The notes under the pieces were generated by a model. It ran no database searches. It saw only the letters and a list, made by a program, of their open reading frames with translations, and had not been told where the DNA came from. From positions 2,559 to 66,558 of the forward strand of contig DAITML010000002.1 in the NCBI GenBank assembly GCA_036835165.1: 64,000 bases of DNA, written 5' to 3'. Positions 49,650 through 58,779 of this stretch are shown piece after piece; positions within the stretch are counted from its first letter, which is position 1; each line of letters opens with the position of its first letter. Both the position numbers and the translations under genes were made by a program. Source of the DNA: Synergistaceae bacterium (GTDB lineage: Bacteria; Synergistota; Synergistia; Synergistales; Synergistaceae).

Positions 49650-50113
49650 CATCCCTGATAGCGTTTTGGTTTTTACAGGATTTTGTTCAGGTCTTCCTCA
49701 TGGGTTTTCTGGTCGTTCCCAATATTTTCCTGATGCTTCTGCTTTTTATGTCCCTATTGCCGGCTACGAAGAAGGAGAGGCAGATAATGCTGATTTGGAC
49801 TGCTTTTGTCGGAGGGCTGATATGGGATTTCAGATGGACCAACCTTCCGGGACTGACAGCCGCACTTAATGCCGGCATTGTGGCTGCTTCATGCCTGATG
49901 TGGCAAAAAATTCCGGCACAGGGAAGGAGTGCGGTCTTTTTTGCATTTTTCCTCCTTGGTTCCGCACTCTTTTCCGGATCCGTCCATTTTGCATTGTGGA
50001 CAGTGTCGAGCCAGGTAGCCCTCAGACAGTTTTTTGTGCAGCAGCTTCTTGGAGTGCCGCTTGTGATCATATTTTCGGCCGTTTACTGGAAGGTATCGGA
50101 GAGGAATGTCTGA
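49646..50113 (+). CDS. mreD: MreD-like membrane protein
   Basis: Very hydrophobic 155 aa, GLIWD motif; lies between mreC and mrdA. Confidence 0.7.
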   Translation: MTSLIAFWFLQDFVQVFLMGFLVVPNIFLMLLLFMSLLPATKKERQIMLIWTAFVGGLIWDFRWTNLPGLTAALNAGIVAASCLMWQKIPAQGRSAVFFAFFLLGSALFSGSVHFALWTVSSQVALRQFFVQQLLGVPLVIIFSAVYWKVSERNV

Positions 50114-51878
50114 CAGACAGGCCCGTTTCAGCATTGACAGGCGGATAAGGTTCCTCCAGCTTGTAGTTTTGGTGACAGTTGCACTGCTTGTCATGAGCTT
50201 GTTTTTCTTCCAGATAATCAAGGCAAACGAGTATGTCAGGCTGGCATCACAAAACAGGCTGAGAATAATCAGGATGGCGCCGCCAAGGGGAACCATAACA
50301 GACTCAAAAGGTGCGCCCCTTGCAGTGAACGTCAGGACCTTCAGTGTCAACGGCTATCCTGTAGACTTGCAGACGGAGGAAAATATCAAAATGGTTTCCT
50401 CCATCCTGGTGAGGAACGGCATTCCGATAGATGAACCGGAGTTGAAGAAACTTATAGAAAAACAATATTCCGCGCCTTACCGTGCGATAACAGTGGCGTC
50501 AAACCTTACCTTCGCACAGGCTGCGGAACTTATAACAGACAAGGATTTCAGCGAAGTCCTGTTTCTTACCCAGGTATGGAAAAGAACATATCCGGCCGGA
50601 AATTTTACTGCACATGTAGTTGGTTATGTTTCAGAGATCACTAAGGATGAGCTTGAGGCAAAAAAGGAAAGTATGTACCGAGGCGGTGACATGATCGGCA
50701 AGAACGGGATTGAGGCTTGGTACGACGAAGATCTTCAGGGACTGCCCGGTGAAGATGTTATCGAAGTCGATGCAAGAGGAAGGAAGCTGAGAGATATATC
50801 CTACAGCCCGCCTCAAAGAGGGAGCGATACGGTCCTGACGATCGATCTTGCGGCACAGCGTTACGCAGCGGAGCTGATCGGAAACTTCAGGGGAGCAGTT
50901 GTTGCGATGGATGTTAACGACGGTTCCGTAAAATGCTTATATTCATCTCCCAGCTATGACCCCAACCCCTTCACATGGGGCATCTCCAACAAAGAATGGG
51001 CGGCCCTGACAGACCATAAGGAGAGGCCGATGATGAACAGGGCAATATCCGGTGCATATCCCCCAGCCTCGACGTTCAAGATAGTGACAGCCTCGTCTGT
51101 GCTGGAGAACAAGGTGGCAACGACCGGTACGACAGTCAGATGCCCCGGATACTTTGAGCTTGGCGACAGGCGGTTCAGATGTTGGAAAAGATCGGGGCAT
51201 GGAACAGAAAATGTGATCGATGCGCTTAGGGATTCATGCGATGTCTACTTTTACCAGACAGCCACGTGGCTTGGCATTGACAGGCTGATAAAAACTGCTG
51301 CCAGGTATGGAGTGGGAGAGAAGACAGGAATAGACCTTATTGGCGAAATATCAGGGACACTGGCCGGACCCGAGTGGAAAAGGGAGAGGGTCAAGGAGCA
51401 TTGGTACGGAGGAGATACCGTTAACTATTCCATAGGACAGGGGTACGTTCTTATGACCCCGGTCCAGCTGCTCAGGGCCTATGCTGCAATTGCAAACGGA
51501 GGCAGGCTCCCGAAGCCAAGGATAAACTCGAAGGCTGTTCCTGAATACAAGAAGCTCGAAGTGGCTCCTGAGATAATAAAGATCATGCAGGAAGGCCTCC
51601 GCGAAGTTGCGAGCAGCGGAACAGGAAGAAGGGCAAGCTCATTTGGAGTCCAGGTCGCCGGCAAGACGGGAACGGCCCAAAATACGCAGGGTGAAGACCA
51701 TGCCTGGTTTGCAGGATATGCACCGGCAGATGCCCCTCGCTACGCTGTGGTCGTGATCGCTGAAGCAGGGAAGGGCGGAGGAGCGGTAGCAGGTCCGATA
51801 GTAGGCAAGATGCTCAACTTTCTGATCAATGGGAATAAATTTATTGAACCGATCCCGGTCAAGCCTAAAACAGAATAG
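50106..51878 (+). CDS. mrdA: penicillin-binding protein 2
   Basis: PPRG.I.D, STFK, SCDVYFY, KTGTAQ. Confidence 0.95.
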   Translation: MSDRQARFSIDRRIRFLQLVVLVTVALLVMSLFFFQIIKANEYVRLASQNRLRIIRMAPPRGTITDSKGAPLAVNVRTFSVNGYPVDLQTEENIKMVSSILVRNGIPIDEPELKKLIEKQYSAPYRAITVASNLTFAQAAELITDKDFSEVLFLTQVWKRTYPAGNFTAHVVGYVSEITKDELEAKKESMYRGGDMIGKNGIEAWYDEDLQGLPGEDVIEVDARGRKLRDISYSPPQRGSDTVLTIDLAAQRYAAELIGNFRGAVVAMDVNDGSVKCLYSSPSYDPNPFTWGISNKEWAALTDHKERPMMNRAISGAYPPASTFKIVTASSVLENKVATTGTTVRCPGYFELGDRRFRCWKRSGHGTENVIDALRDSCDVYFYQTATWLGIDRLIKTAARYGVGEKTGIDLIGEISGTLAGPEWKRERVKEHWYGGDTVNYSIGQGYVLMTPVQLLRAYAAIANGGRLPKPRINSKAVPEYKKLEVAPEIIKIMQEGLREVASSGTGRRASSFGVQVAGKTGTAQNTQGEDHAWFAGYAPADAPRYAVVVIAEAGKGGGAVAGPIVGKMLNFLINGNKFIEPIPVKPKTE

Positions 51879-51891
51879 GGGGCGTTGAGAG

Positions 51892-52560
51892 ATGATGATC
51901 CATCTCAAGGGAATGCAGACGGGGATAATGCGATGTGTTGTTCCCGAGGAACTGAGCGAGAAAAAGATACTTGAAGAATTTGAGGAACTTTCCATAAACG
52001 CCCCAAAACTGCTCGAAGGCAGCAGTGTAGTGATGGATCTTCAGGGCAGGAGTTTTGGTGCGGCACTGGTTGCCAAAATATGGAAATACTTTATAGAGCC
52101 TACAGGCTGTTCTGTGATCAGTTGGGCCGTAACTGACCCTGAGACATCGGGAGCTCTTTCTCGTCTGGGATTGACAGTGGGAGAGGCGAATAAAAGGTCA
52201 CGCCAGGAAAAATCTTCAGGACGCAAGGGATCAAGGGCGCTGTTATACAGGTCTACGCTTCGCGGAGGGCAGAAGATTGTCCATGAGGGAGATGTGATAA
52301 TCACAGGTCATGTGAATGTAGGGTCAGAAGTTTCAGCGGAAGGGCACATTGTGGTACTGGGAAAACTGCAGGGCCTGGCACACGCCGGCTGTAAGGGAGA
52401 TGAGACAGCTTCGGTATCAGCCAGGTCGTTTGAATCCGGACAGGTAAGGATAGGCCACAAGGTGGGACTTATAGATAAGAGTTCAGATATTTGGGGAAAA
52501 TCGGTAGTTATTACAGTAAACGGTGAAGAAGTGCTGCTCACTGAGTGGCCTGCGATATAG
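51892..52560 (+). CDS. minC: septum site-determining protein MinC
   Basis: LRGGQ, GHVNVGSEV.AEG.I.VLGKLQGLAHAG. Confidence 0.93.
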   Translation: MMIHLKGMQTGIMRCVVPEELSEKKILEEFEELSINAPKLLEGSSVVMDLQGRSFGAALVAKIWKYFIEPTGCSVISWAVTDPETSGALSRLGLTVGEANKRSRQEKSSGRKGSRALLYRSTLRGGQKIVHEGDVIITGHVNVGSEVSAEGHIVVLGKLQGLAHAGCKGDETASVSARSFESGQVRIGHKVGLIDKSSDIWGKSVVITVNGEEVLLTEWPAI

Positions 52561-52572
52561 GGGGATGAAAGT

Positions 52573-53370
52573 ATGGACTGCAGGATCATAGTCATTACAT
52601 CAGGAAAAGGCGGTGTCGGAAAAACGACTACTACAGCCAACCTCGCGGTTGCCCTTGCAAACGAGGGACACAGGGTAGTTGCGATCGACGGAGATGTCGG
52701 ACTCAGGAACCTTGACGTGATTATGGGCCTTGAAAACAGGATAGTTTATACCCTTGTAGATGTGATAGAGGGGACCTGCAGGCTCAATCAGGCAATGATA
52801 AGGGACAAGAGGATAGACAACCTCTACATGATCCCTACCGCGCAGTCAAGGACAAAGGATGCGGTATCGTCGGAGCAGATGCTTGAGATATGCAGCCAGC
52901 TCAGAAGCGAATTTGATTTTGTTCTTATCGACAGCCCTGCAGGCATAGAGGCGGGGTTCCGCAATGCGGCGGCAGGCGCCGATGAAGCTCTGGTGGTAAC
53001 TACACCGGAAGTATCGGCTGTCAGAGATGCCGACAGGATAATAGGTCTTCTGGAATCAATGGAAAAGGCCCCTATCAGTCTTATCATAAACAGGATAAAA
53101 CCTGAGATGGTAAAAAGGGGGGAAATGCTCGCGATCCAGGATGTACTTGACATACTGGCAGTTGAACTGATAGGCGCTATCCCTGATGACGAAAGTGTTG
53201 TCACTTCGTCCAACAAGGGAGAGCCTCTTACATTTTCAAACGGCTCTTTGGCAACCAGGGCTTTTTTGAACATAGCGAAGAGGATCTGCGGCAATGATGT
53301 TCCCTTTATAGACCTTTCGGCCAACCATAAGGGATTTTTCTCTTCCCTAAGAAGAATTTTCGGCAGCTAG
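52573..53370 (+). CDS. minD: septum site-determining ATPase MinD
   Basis: SGKGGVGKTT, GLRNLD, DSPAGIE, C-terminal amphipathic helix. Confidence 0.97.
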   Translation: MDCRIIVITSGKGGVGKTTTTANLAVALANEGHRVVAIDGDVGLRNLDVIMGLENRIVYTLVDVIEGTCRLNQAMIRDKRIDNLYMIPTAQSRTKDAVSSEQMLEICSQLRSEFDFVLIDSPAGIEAGFRNAAAGADEALVVTTPEVSAVRDADRIIGLLESMEKAPISLIINRIKPEMVKRGEMLAIQDVLDILAVELIGAIPDDESVVTSSNKGEPLTFSNGSLATRAFLNIAKRICGNDVPFIDLSANHKGFFSSLRRIFGS

Positions 53371-53382
53371 GAGGCGAATGCG

Positions 53383-53664
53383 ATGTTAAAATTTCTCACA
53401 CGTTTATTTTCAGGAGAAAAAAGCGGTGATGTCGCAAAGGAGAGGCTCCAGCTGGTCCTTATCCATGACCGTAACGACATTGCACCGGAGAAACTCGAGG
53501 CTCTTAAGGTAGATATGGTACGTCTTCTGAAAAAATATCTGGAGATAGATGAAACCGGCATTAAAATGAACCTTGAAAGACGCAGCCGGTCAGTTGCATT
53601 GGTGGCGGACATACCGCTCAAAAGCTCGCAAAGAGAGTTAAGGGGAAGGAAAAAGAATGTCTGA
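53383..53664 (+). CDS. minE: cell division topological specificity factor MinE
   Basis: SGDVAKERLQLVLIHDR. Confidence 0.96.
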   Translation: MLKFLTRLFSGEKSGDVAKERLQLVLIHDRNDIAPEKLEALKVDMVRLLKKYLEIDETGIKMNLERRSRSVALVADIPLKSSQRELRGRKKNV

Positions 53665-54769
53665 AAAAATCGGCAGCAGCTGGAGGGATATCAGGTCCAA
53701 CATTGACCCGATAATGCTTATCGCAGCCACAGCGCTCTTTTTTCTGGGGATCGCTGCGATATACAGTGCCAGTCCGAACAAGGCACTTACTCTCTCCTCC
53801 TATGCCGTTCGTCAGTTGATGTGGGGTTCGATAAGCGCGGTCATATATATTCTGGTATTGAGGATAGGCTACAGGAAGTTTCTTGACCTTTCAGGGCCGC
53901 TCTTTCTGATTATGATCTTCCTTTTTGTTGTACTGCTTGTGGTCGGATATACTACCAAGGGAGCCCAAAGCTGGTTTAACCTTGGCATAATGCGTTTCCA
54001 GCCGTCCGAGACAGGCAAAGTCATACTCGCCCTTATACTTGCGCAGGTATGTTCGAAGATGCCTCCTGCTGACATAAAGGGAATATCCGCGGCGATGGGG
54101 ATCGCGGGGATAATGATAGCACTTATACTTATGCAGCCTGACCTTGGGAGTTCCCTTGTCTATTCAGTCATGCTTTTTGCAGTACTTACAGCAGCAGGCG
54201 CCCCTGTCAAGTTCCTTTCGGGCATTGTGGCCTCGATGTTTTTGATGCTGCCCGCGGCTTGGATGTTCCTCAAGCCCTACCAAAAAATGAGGCTGATGGT
54301 CTTTCTGGATCCGACCATCGATCCTCAGGGAGCGGGATATAATGTTATCCAGTCAAGAATAGCGGTTGGATCCGGGGGGTTCTTTGGGAAAGGGTTTCTT
54401 CACGGAACGCAGGGCAAGCTTCATTTTTTGCCGGAACCACATACGGATTTTATATTCAGCGTTTTTTCTGAAGAGTTCGGTTTCATCGGGTGTTCTGTGG
54501 TACTGTTCCTTTTTACCGTGTTGCTTTTAAGGATGCTGAACGCTGCATACTATACCAGGGACACCAGAGGAAAGCTGCTGGCTGCCGGGATAGTGGCATG
54601 GATCTGGTTTCAGATCACCGAAAGCATAGGCATGAGTATGGGGCTGCTTCCCATTACGGGATTGCCTCTCCCTCTTTTCAGTTATGGGGGAAGTTCGCTG
54701 CTTGCTGTGGCTATCGCGCTGGCGCTTGTTCAAAGTGTTGTGATAGTATCAAAAGAGGGCAGATTTTAA
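53657..54769 (+). CDS. rodA: rod shape-determining SEDS protein RodA
   Basis: FQPSE, QPDLG, GYNVIQSRIAVGSGG, PEPHTDFIF, SYGGSS. Confidence 0.95.
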   Translation: MSEKIGSSWRDIRSNIDPIMLIAATALFFLGIAAIYSASPNKALTLSSYAVRQLMWGSISAVIYILVLRIGYRKFLDLSGPLFLIMIFLFVVLLVVGYTTKGAQSWFNLGIMRFQPSETGKVILALILAQVCSKMPPADIKGISAAMGIAGIMIALILMQPDLGSSLVYSVMLFAVLTAAGAPVKFLSGIVASMFLMLPAAWMFLKPYQKMRLMVFLDPTIDPQGAGYNVIQSRIAVGSGGFFGKGFLHGTQGKLHFLPEPHTDFIFSVFSEEFGFIGCSVVLFLFTVLLLRMLNAAYYTRDTRGKLLAAGIVAWIWFQITESIGMSMGLLPITGLPLPLFSYGGSSLLAVAIALALVQSVVIVSKEGRF

Positions 54770-54770
54770 T

Positions 54771-54799
54771 TTGAAATTACACGGTTCGGATAATAAACT
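54771..54799 (+). promoter_or_regulatory. putative sigma70 promoter of the radical SAM-rng-smc block
   Basis: TTGAAA, 17 nt spacer, TAAACT. Confidence 0.6.
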
Positions 54800-54874
54800 A
54801 TTTCCGGCCGGTAAAATTTAGAGAGCGGGAATATTCCTGATAAGTAATTTTCCCGCATCGGGAGGATCTTCAGC

Positions 54875-56659
54875 ATGTTGTCAGAAAAAGGGGCCGACCC
54901 CCGCAGGTCCATCCTTGCATCGGTCAAAAGACCGTCAAGGTACACAGGAGGCGAGTGGGGCAGCGGTCCGGTAAAAAGTTCGGATCAGGATGTGGTCAGA
55001 GTCTGTTATGCCTTTCCGGATGTATATGAAGTAGGGATGAGCTATCTGGGATATCAGATACTTTATGGACTTACCAAGTCACTTCCATATGCCGACGCGG
55101 AAAGAGTCTACACTCCCTGGCCCGATATGGAGGAGGCCCTTAGGTCATCGGGAACAAAACTATGGGCTCTCGAGAGCCGTAGGCCCGTCTCTGACTTTGA
55201 CGTTCTGGGTTTCACGCTTCAGTATGAGCTTTCCTACACTAATATCCTGACCATACTCGACCTGTCGGGGATACCTTTCCGTTCCGGGGACAGGGGCGAT
55301 AAAGATCCAATAGTGATCGCCGGAGGTCCCGGTGCTCTTGCTCCCGAGCCGATGTCGCCGTTTATCGATGCTTTCTGCGTAGGTGATGGCGAGGCACTCC
55401 TTCCGGATGTGCTCAGTACGATCCACGGAATGAAAGGGAGGGGCCGCGAGGAAAAGATATGGGCACTCTCAAAGATAGAAGGGGTCTATGTCCCGCAGAT
55501 AAGACAGGACAGGCCCGTCAGGAGAAGGATCGTTGAAGATCTTGACTCCGCTTTCTACAATACAGGCATGATAGTGCCCAACACTGGCATAGTCCATGAC
55601 AGGATAGCAGTTCAGGTATTCAAAGGGTGTACCAGAGGCTGCCGCTTTTGCCAGGCAGGGATGATAGACAGGCCCGTAAGGGAGAGAAGCGCGGCATCGG
55701 TTGAGGACCAGGTCCAAAAACTTTTGAAAAACACAGGATGGGAAGAGGTAGGGCTGCTCTCGCTGGCAACGTGCGACTGGAGCGAAATGGGAGAAATACT
55801 CAAAAGATTTGGACCAATGCTGAAAAACAACCAGATAAAGCTAAGCCTGCCGAGTCTCAGGGTCGATGCCTTTTCCGTAAATATGGCTGCTGAGCTGGAG
55901 CCTATCCGCAAGGGCGGATTGACCTTCGCTCCGGAAGCCGGTACTCAGCGTCTCAGAAACGTAATAAACAAAGGAGTCTCTGACGAAGATATTGAATCGG
56001 CACTGGAGGCAACTTTCTCCCATGGCTGGGACAGGGTAAAACTATATTTTATGATGGGACTGCCGACGGAAAATGAAGAAGATCTTGCGGGTATACACGA
56101 GATCTGCAACAAGGCAGTTTCAATAGCGAAAAGACACAAGCGAAAGGGAGACGTGAGCGTTTCCCTCGCAGGCTTTGTTCCGAAGGCTCACACGCCTTTC
56201 CAGTGGGAAGCTCAGCTGGACCGCCAGTCTTTGAGGGAAAGAGGCAGGTGGGTGAAGAACAACATAAGGAACCGCAAGGTCGCCATATCCTACCATGAGC
56301 CCGAACAGACATATATAGAGGGTGTATTTGCCAGAGGAGATGCAAAGTTGGCAGATGCAGTTGAAGAGGCATGGAAAAGGGGAGAACGCTTTGACGGATG
56401 GTCCGAGCATTTCAATTTTGACAGGTGGATGCAAGTCTTCAGCGATCTCGGAATAGACACTGATTCATACGCATGCAGAGAAAGAGGGAGGGATGAGATC
56501 CTTCCCTGGGATCATATCGACTCAGGCGTATCAAAGTCATTCCTTCTCGAAGAGAAAGACAGGTCCCTTACCGGAGATCTGACACCGGACTGTCGTGAGG
56601 GCTGTAACGGGTGCGGCTGGCAGGGAAGGACCTCTGTGAAAGGTTGTTCAAATGTCTAG
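54875..56659 (+). CDS. radical SAM protein, TIGR03960-like (function unknown)
   Basis: PSRYTGGE, FPDVYEVGMS, GCTRGCRFCQAG, TFAPEAGTQRLR, GERFDGWSEHF, LPWDHI. Confidence 0.92.
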   Translation: MLSEKGADPRRSILASVKRPSRYTGGEWGSGPVKSSDQDVVRVCYAFPDVYEVGMSYLGYQILYGLTKSLPYADAERVYTPWPDMEEALRSSGTKLWALESRRPVSDFDVLGFTLQYELSYTNILTILDLSGIPFRSGDRGDKDPIVIAGGPGALAPEPMSPFIDAFCVGDGEALLPDVLSTIHGMKGRGREEKIWALSKIEGVYVPQIRQDRPVRRRIVEDLDSAFYNTGMIVPNTGIVHDRIAVQVFKGCTRGCRFCQAGMIDRPVRERSAASVEDQVQKLLKNTGWEEVGLLSLATCDWSEMGEILKRFGPMLKNNQIKLSLPSLRVDAFSVNMAAELEPIRKGGLTFAPEAGTQRLRNVINKGVSDEDIESALEATFSHGWDRVKLYFMMGLPTENEEDLAGIHEICNKAVSIAKRHKRKGDVSVSLAGFVPKAHTPFQWEAQLDRQSLRERGRWVKNNIRNRKVAISYHEPEQTYIEGVFARGDAKLADAVEEAWKRGERFDGWSEHFNFDRWMQVFSDLGIDTDSYACRERGRDEILPWDHIDSGVSKSFLLEEKDRSLTGDLTPDCREGCNGCGWQGRTSVKGCSNV

Positions 56660-57254
56660 GATAAGGATAATATTTGAAAAAACGGGATGGATCACTTTTC
56701 TGAACCACCAGGACCTGCCGGTCCTGTTTTCGCGTGCTGCAAGGAGAGCCGGACTCTCACAGGAATTTACCGAGGGTTTTTCTCCTCACCCCAGGATCAG
56801 TCTTGGCCCCGCACTTGCTGCCGGAGTAGTGGGATCAAATGAGCCGGCCGATTTTTGGTTCAACGTGTGGGACAGCAGCTGCGCTGAAAAGTGGAACGAA
56901 AAATTGCCTGAAGGCATAAGCATAGTTGGTCATGCTGAAGTTGATGGCCCTTCGCTCTCAAAAGAGGCCACGGCTGCGACATACAGGATAAGCGGCATTG
57001 GTTTTGACCTGGACTGCGACGCATTGGACGTACTTCGGAATGAGGTCCGTAAGGCCGGGATATTATATGGCTCATTTAACGAAAAAGGTTCTGCGGTCCT
57101 CACTGTCGGAGATCTTGAACACTGCGGTGCAGGCAACTTGGTGAGAAGCCTCAGGGATGAAGGAATATGCGAAGGATGGAAGGATCTGTTTATTGTCCGT
57201 GAATGCGTTGGCGCGTGGGATGCAGTTTCAGGCACCATCAGGCCTCTTATTTGA
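56652..57254 (+). CDS. radical SAM-linked protein, TIGR03936/DUF2344-like
   Basis: FLNHQDL...RAARRAGL..FTEGFSPHPRISLGPAL..GV; overlaps upstream gene. Confidence 0.88.
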   Translation: MSRIRIIFEKTGWITFLNHQDLPVLFSRAARRAGLSQEFTEGFSPHPRISLGPALAAGVVGSNEPADFWFNVWDSSCAEKWNEKLPEGISIVGHAEVDGPSLSKEATAATYRISGIGFDLDCDALDVLRNEVRKAGILYGSFNEKGSAVLTVGDLEHCGAGNLVRSLRDEGICEGWKDLFIVRECVGAWDAVSGTIRPLI

Positions 57255-57264
57255 TGCTGGGGGT

Positions 57265-58779
57265 ATGAAAATGTCATCAGTCGAACCTGCGAAAAAAATA
57301 GTTGCAAACCTTATCGATCCTGAAGAGATAAGGATAGCGATCCTTGACGAAAGGGGAAAGCTTTACGACTTTTTCGTTGAAAGGATGCTTGAACATCAGA
57401 GGACCGGGGAAATTTACAAAGCCAGGGTAGACAGTGTCCTCCCAGGCATGCACTCGGCATTTCTGAACCTGGGGGACGGAAGGAACGGATTTCTCTATCT
57501 TGACGATGTCCGGGGAACAGAGGTCAAACCAGGCATAGAGATGCTTGTCCAGGTAGTGAAGAATGCCAGGAAGGGGAAAGGCGCACGTGTCTCTCCAAGG
57601 ATATCTCTTGCCGGCAGATACATGGTGCTGATCCCTGAAGGACATGAGACCGGAGTTTCCAAAAGGATAGAAGACGGGGATGAGAGGGCACGGCTGAGAT
57701 CCATATCAAAGGAAATACGTCCGGAAGGTTTTGGAATAATAATAAGGACGGTGGCAGAAGGGTGCGACACAGAAAGCCTTGAAAACGATGTTAAGGATCT
57801 GCTTTCACAGTGGGAGACCATCAAGCGCAATGCCGGACAGAACGGTGCACCATGCCTGATACACAGGGATCTTGGGCTTCTTGAACGTGTCCTTAGAGAT
57901 GAACTTACTGAAAATATAGACGAAATAGTTATAGATACGGAAGAAGACATGGAAAATATCAGGTCTTTCACGGACCGGTTCTTCCCCGGCAAAAATATAG
58001 ATGTAAACCTGTATAAAGGCAAGACTCCGATATTTGATGTCTATAATATTGAAAACCAGCTGCTTGAACTTCAGGACAGAAAGGTATGGCTCTCTTCGGG
58101 GGCATACCTTGTAATAGACCAGACAGAAGCGCTCACTGTAATTGATGTCAACACCGGTAAATTCGTCGGATCAAAAAATCTCAATGACACAATTTTCCAG
58201 ACCAACATGGAAGCGGCTGATGAGATCGCGAGACAGCTGAGGCTTCGTGCGATAGGCGGGATCATAGTTGTTGATTTTATTGATATGGACTCAAAGGAGG
58301 AAAATCAGGAACTTATTCACCAGATGCAGGAGCTCTTCAAAAACGACAGGTGCAAGGCAAGGGTATACGGAGTTACAGGGCTTGGCCTGGTAGAGATCAC
58401 CAGAAAGAGGGCAAGGACCGATATCAGAGCTGCTCTGAGTCATGGGTGCCCTTTCTGCGGGGGGCTTGGCCTGGTCCCGCGTGAAGAGAGCATAGCTCTT
58501 CAGATAAAAAGGTTCATAAGGAAAATTACCATGTCCTCAAGGTCTGAGGCACTGCTGATCGAAGCATATTCATCAATAGCGGAGTATATTGCAGAGACCT
58601 TCCTGGCATCATGGGAAGAAGAATTTGACAAAAAAATATTTATCAGGGGCTGTCCGGAGTTTTCATGGGGAAAGTTCAGACTTGATGCTCAAGGCAGCCT
58701 GTCACAGATCGAACATAGGATAAACGCTCTTCAGAAAAGAGAGGGCTGGGCAATTGTACATAAGTCGTCTTCAGCTTAA
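57265..58779 (+). CDS. rng: Rne/Rng family ribonuclease
   Basis: S1 domain (GEIYKARV..VLPGM..AF), TEALTVIDVNTG, GGIIVVDFIDM, CPFC.G.G. Confidence 0.94.
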   Translation: MKMSSVEPAKKIVANLIDPEEIRIAILDERGKLYDFFVERMLEHQRTGEIYKARVDSVLPGMHSAFLNLGDGRNGFLYLDDVRGTEVKPGIEMLVQVVKNARKGKGARVSPRISLAGRYMVLIPEGHETGVSKRIEDGDERARLRSISKEIRPEGFGIIIRTVAEGCDTESLENDVKDLLSQWETIKRNAGQNGAPCLIHRDLGLLERVLRDELTENIDEIVIDTEEDMENIRSFTDRFFPGKNIDVNLYKGKTPIFDVYNIENQLLELQDRKVWLSSGAYLVIDQTEALTVIDVNTGKFVGSKNLNDTIFQTNMEAADEIARQLRLRAIGGIIVVDFIDMDSKEENQELIHQMQELFKNDRCKARVYGVTGLGLVEITRKRARTDIRAALSHGCPFCGGLGLVPREESIALQIKRFIRKITMSSRSEALLIEAYSSIAEYIAETFLASWEEEFDKKIFIRGCPEFSWGKFRLDAQGSLSQIEHRINALQKREGWAIVHKSSSA

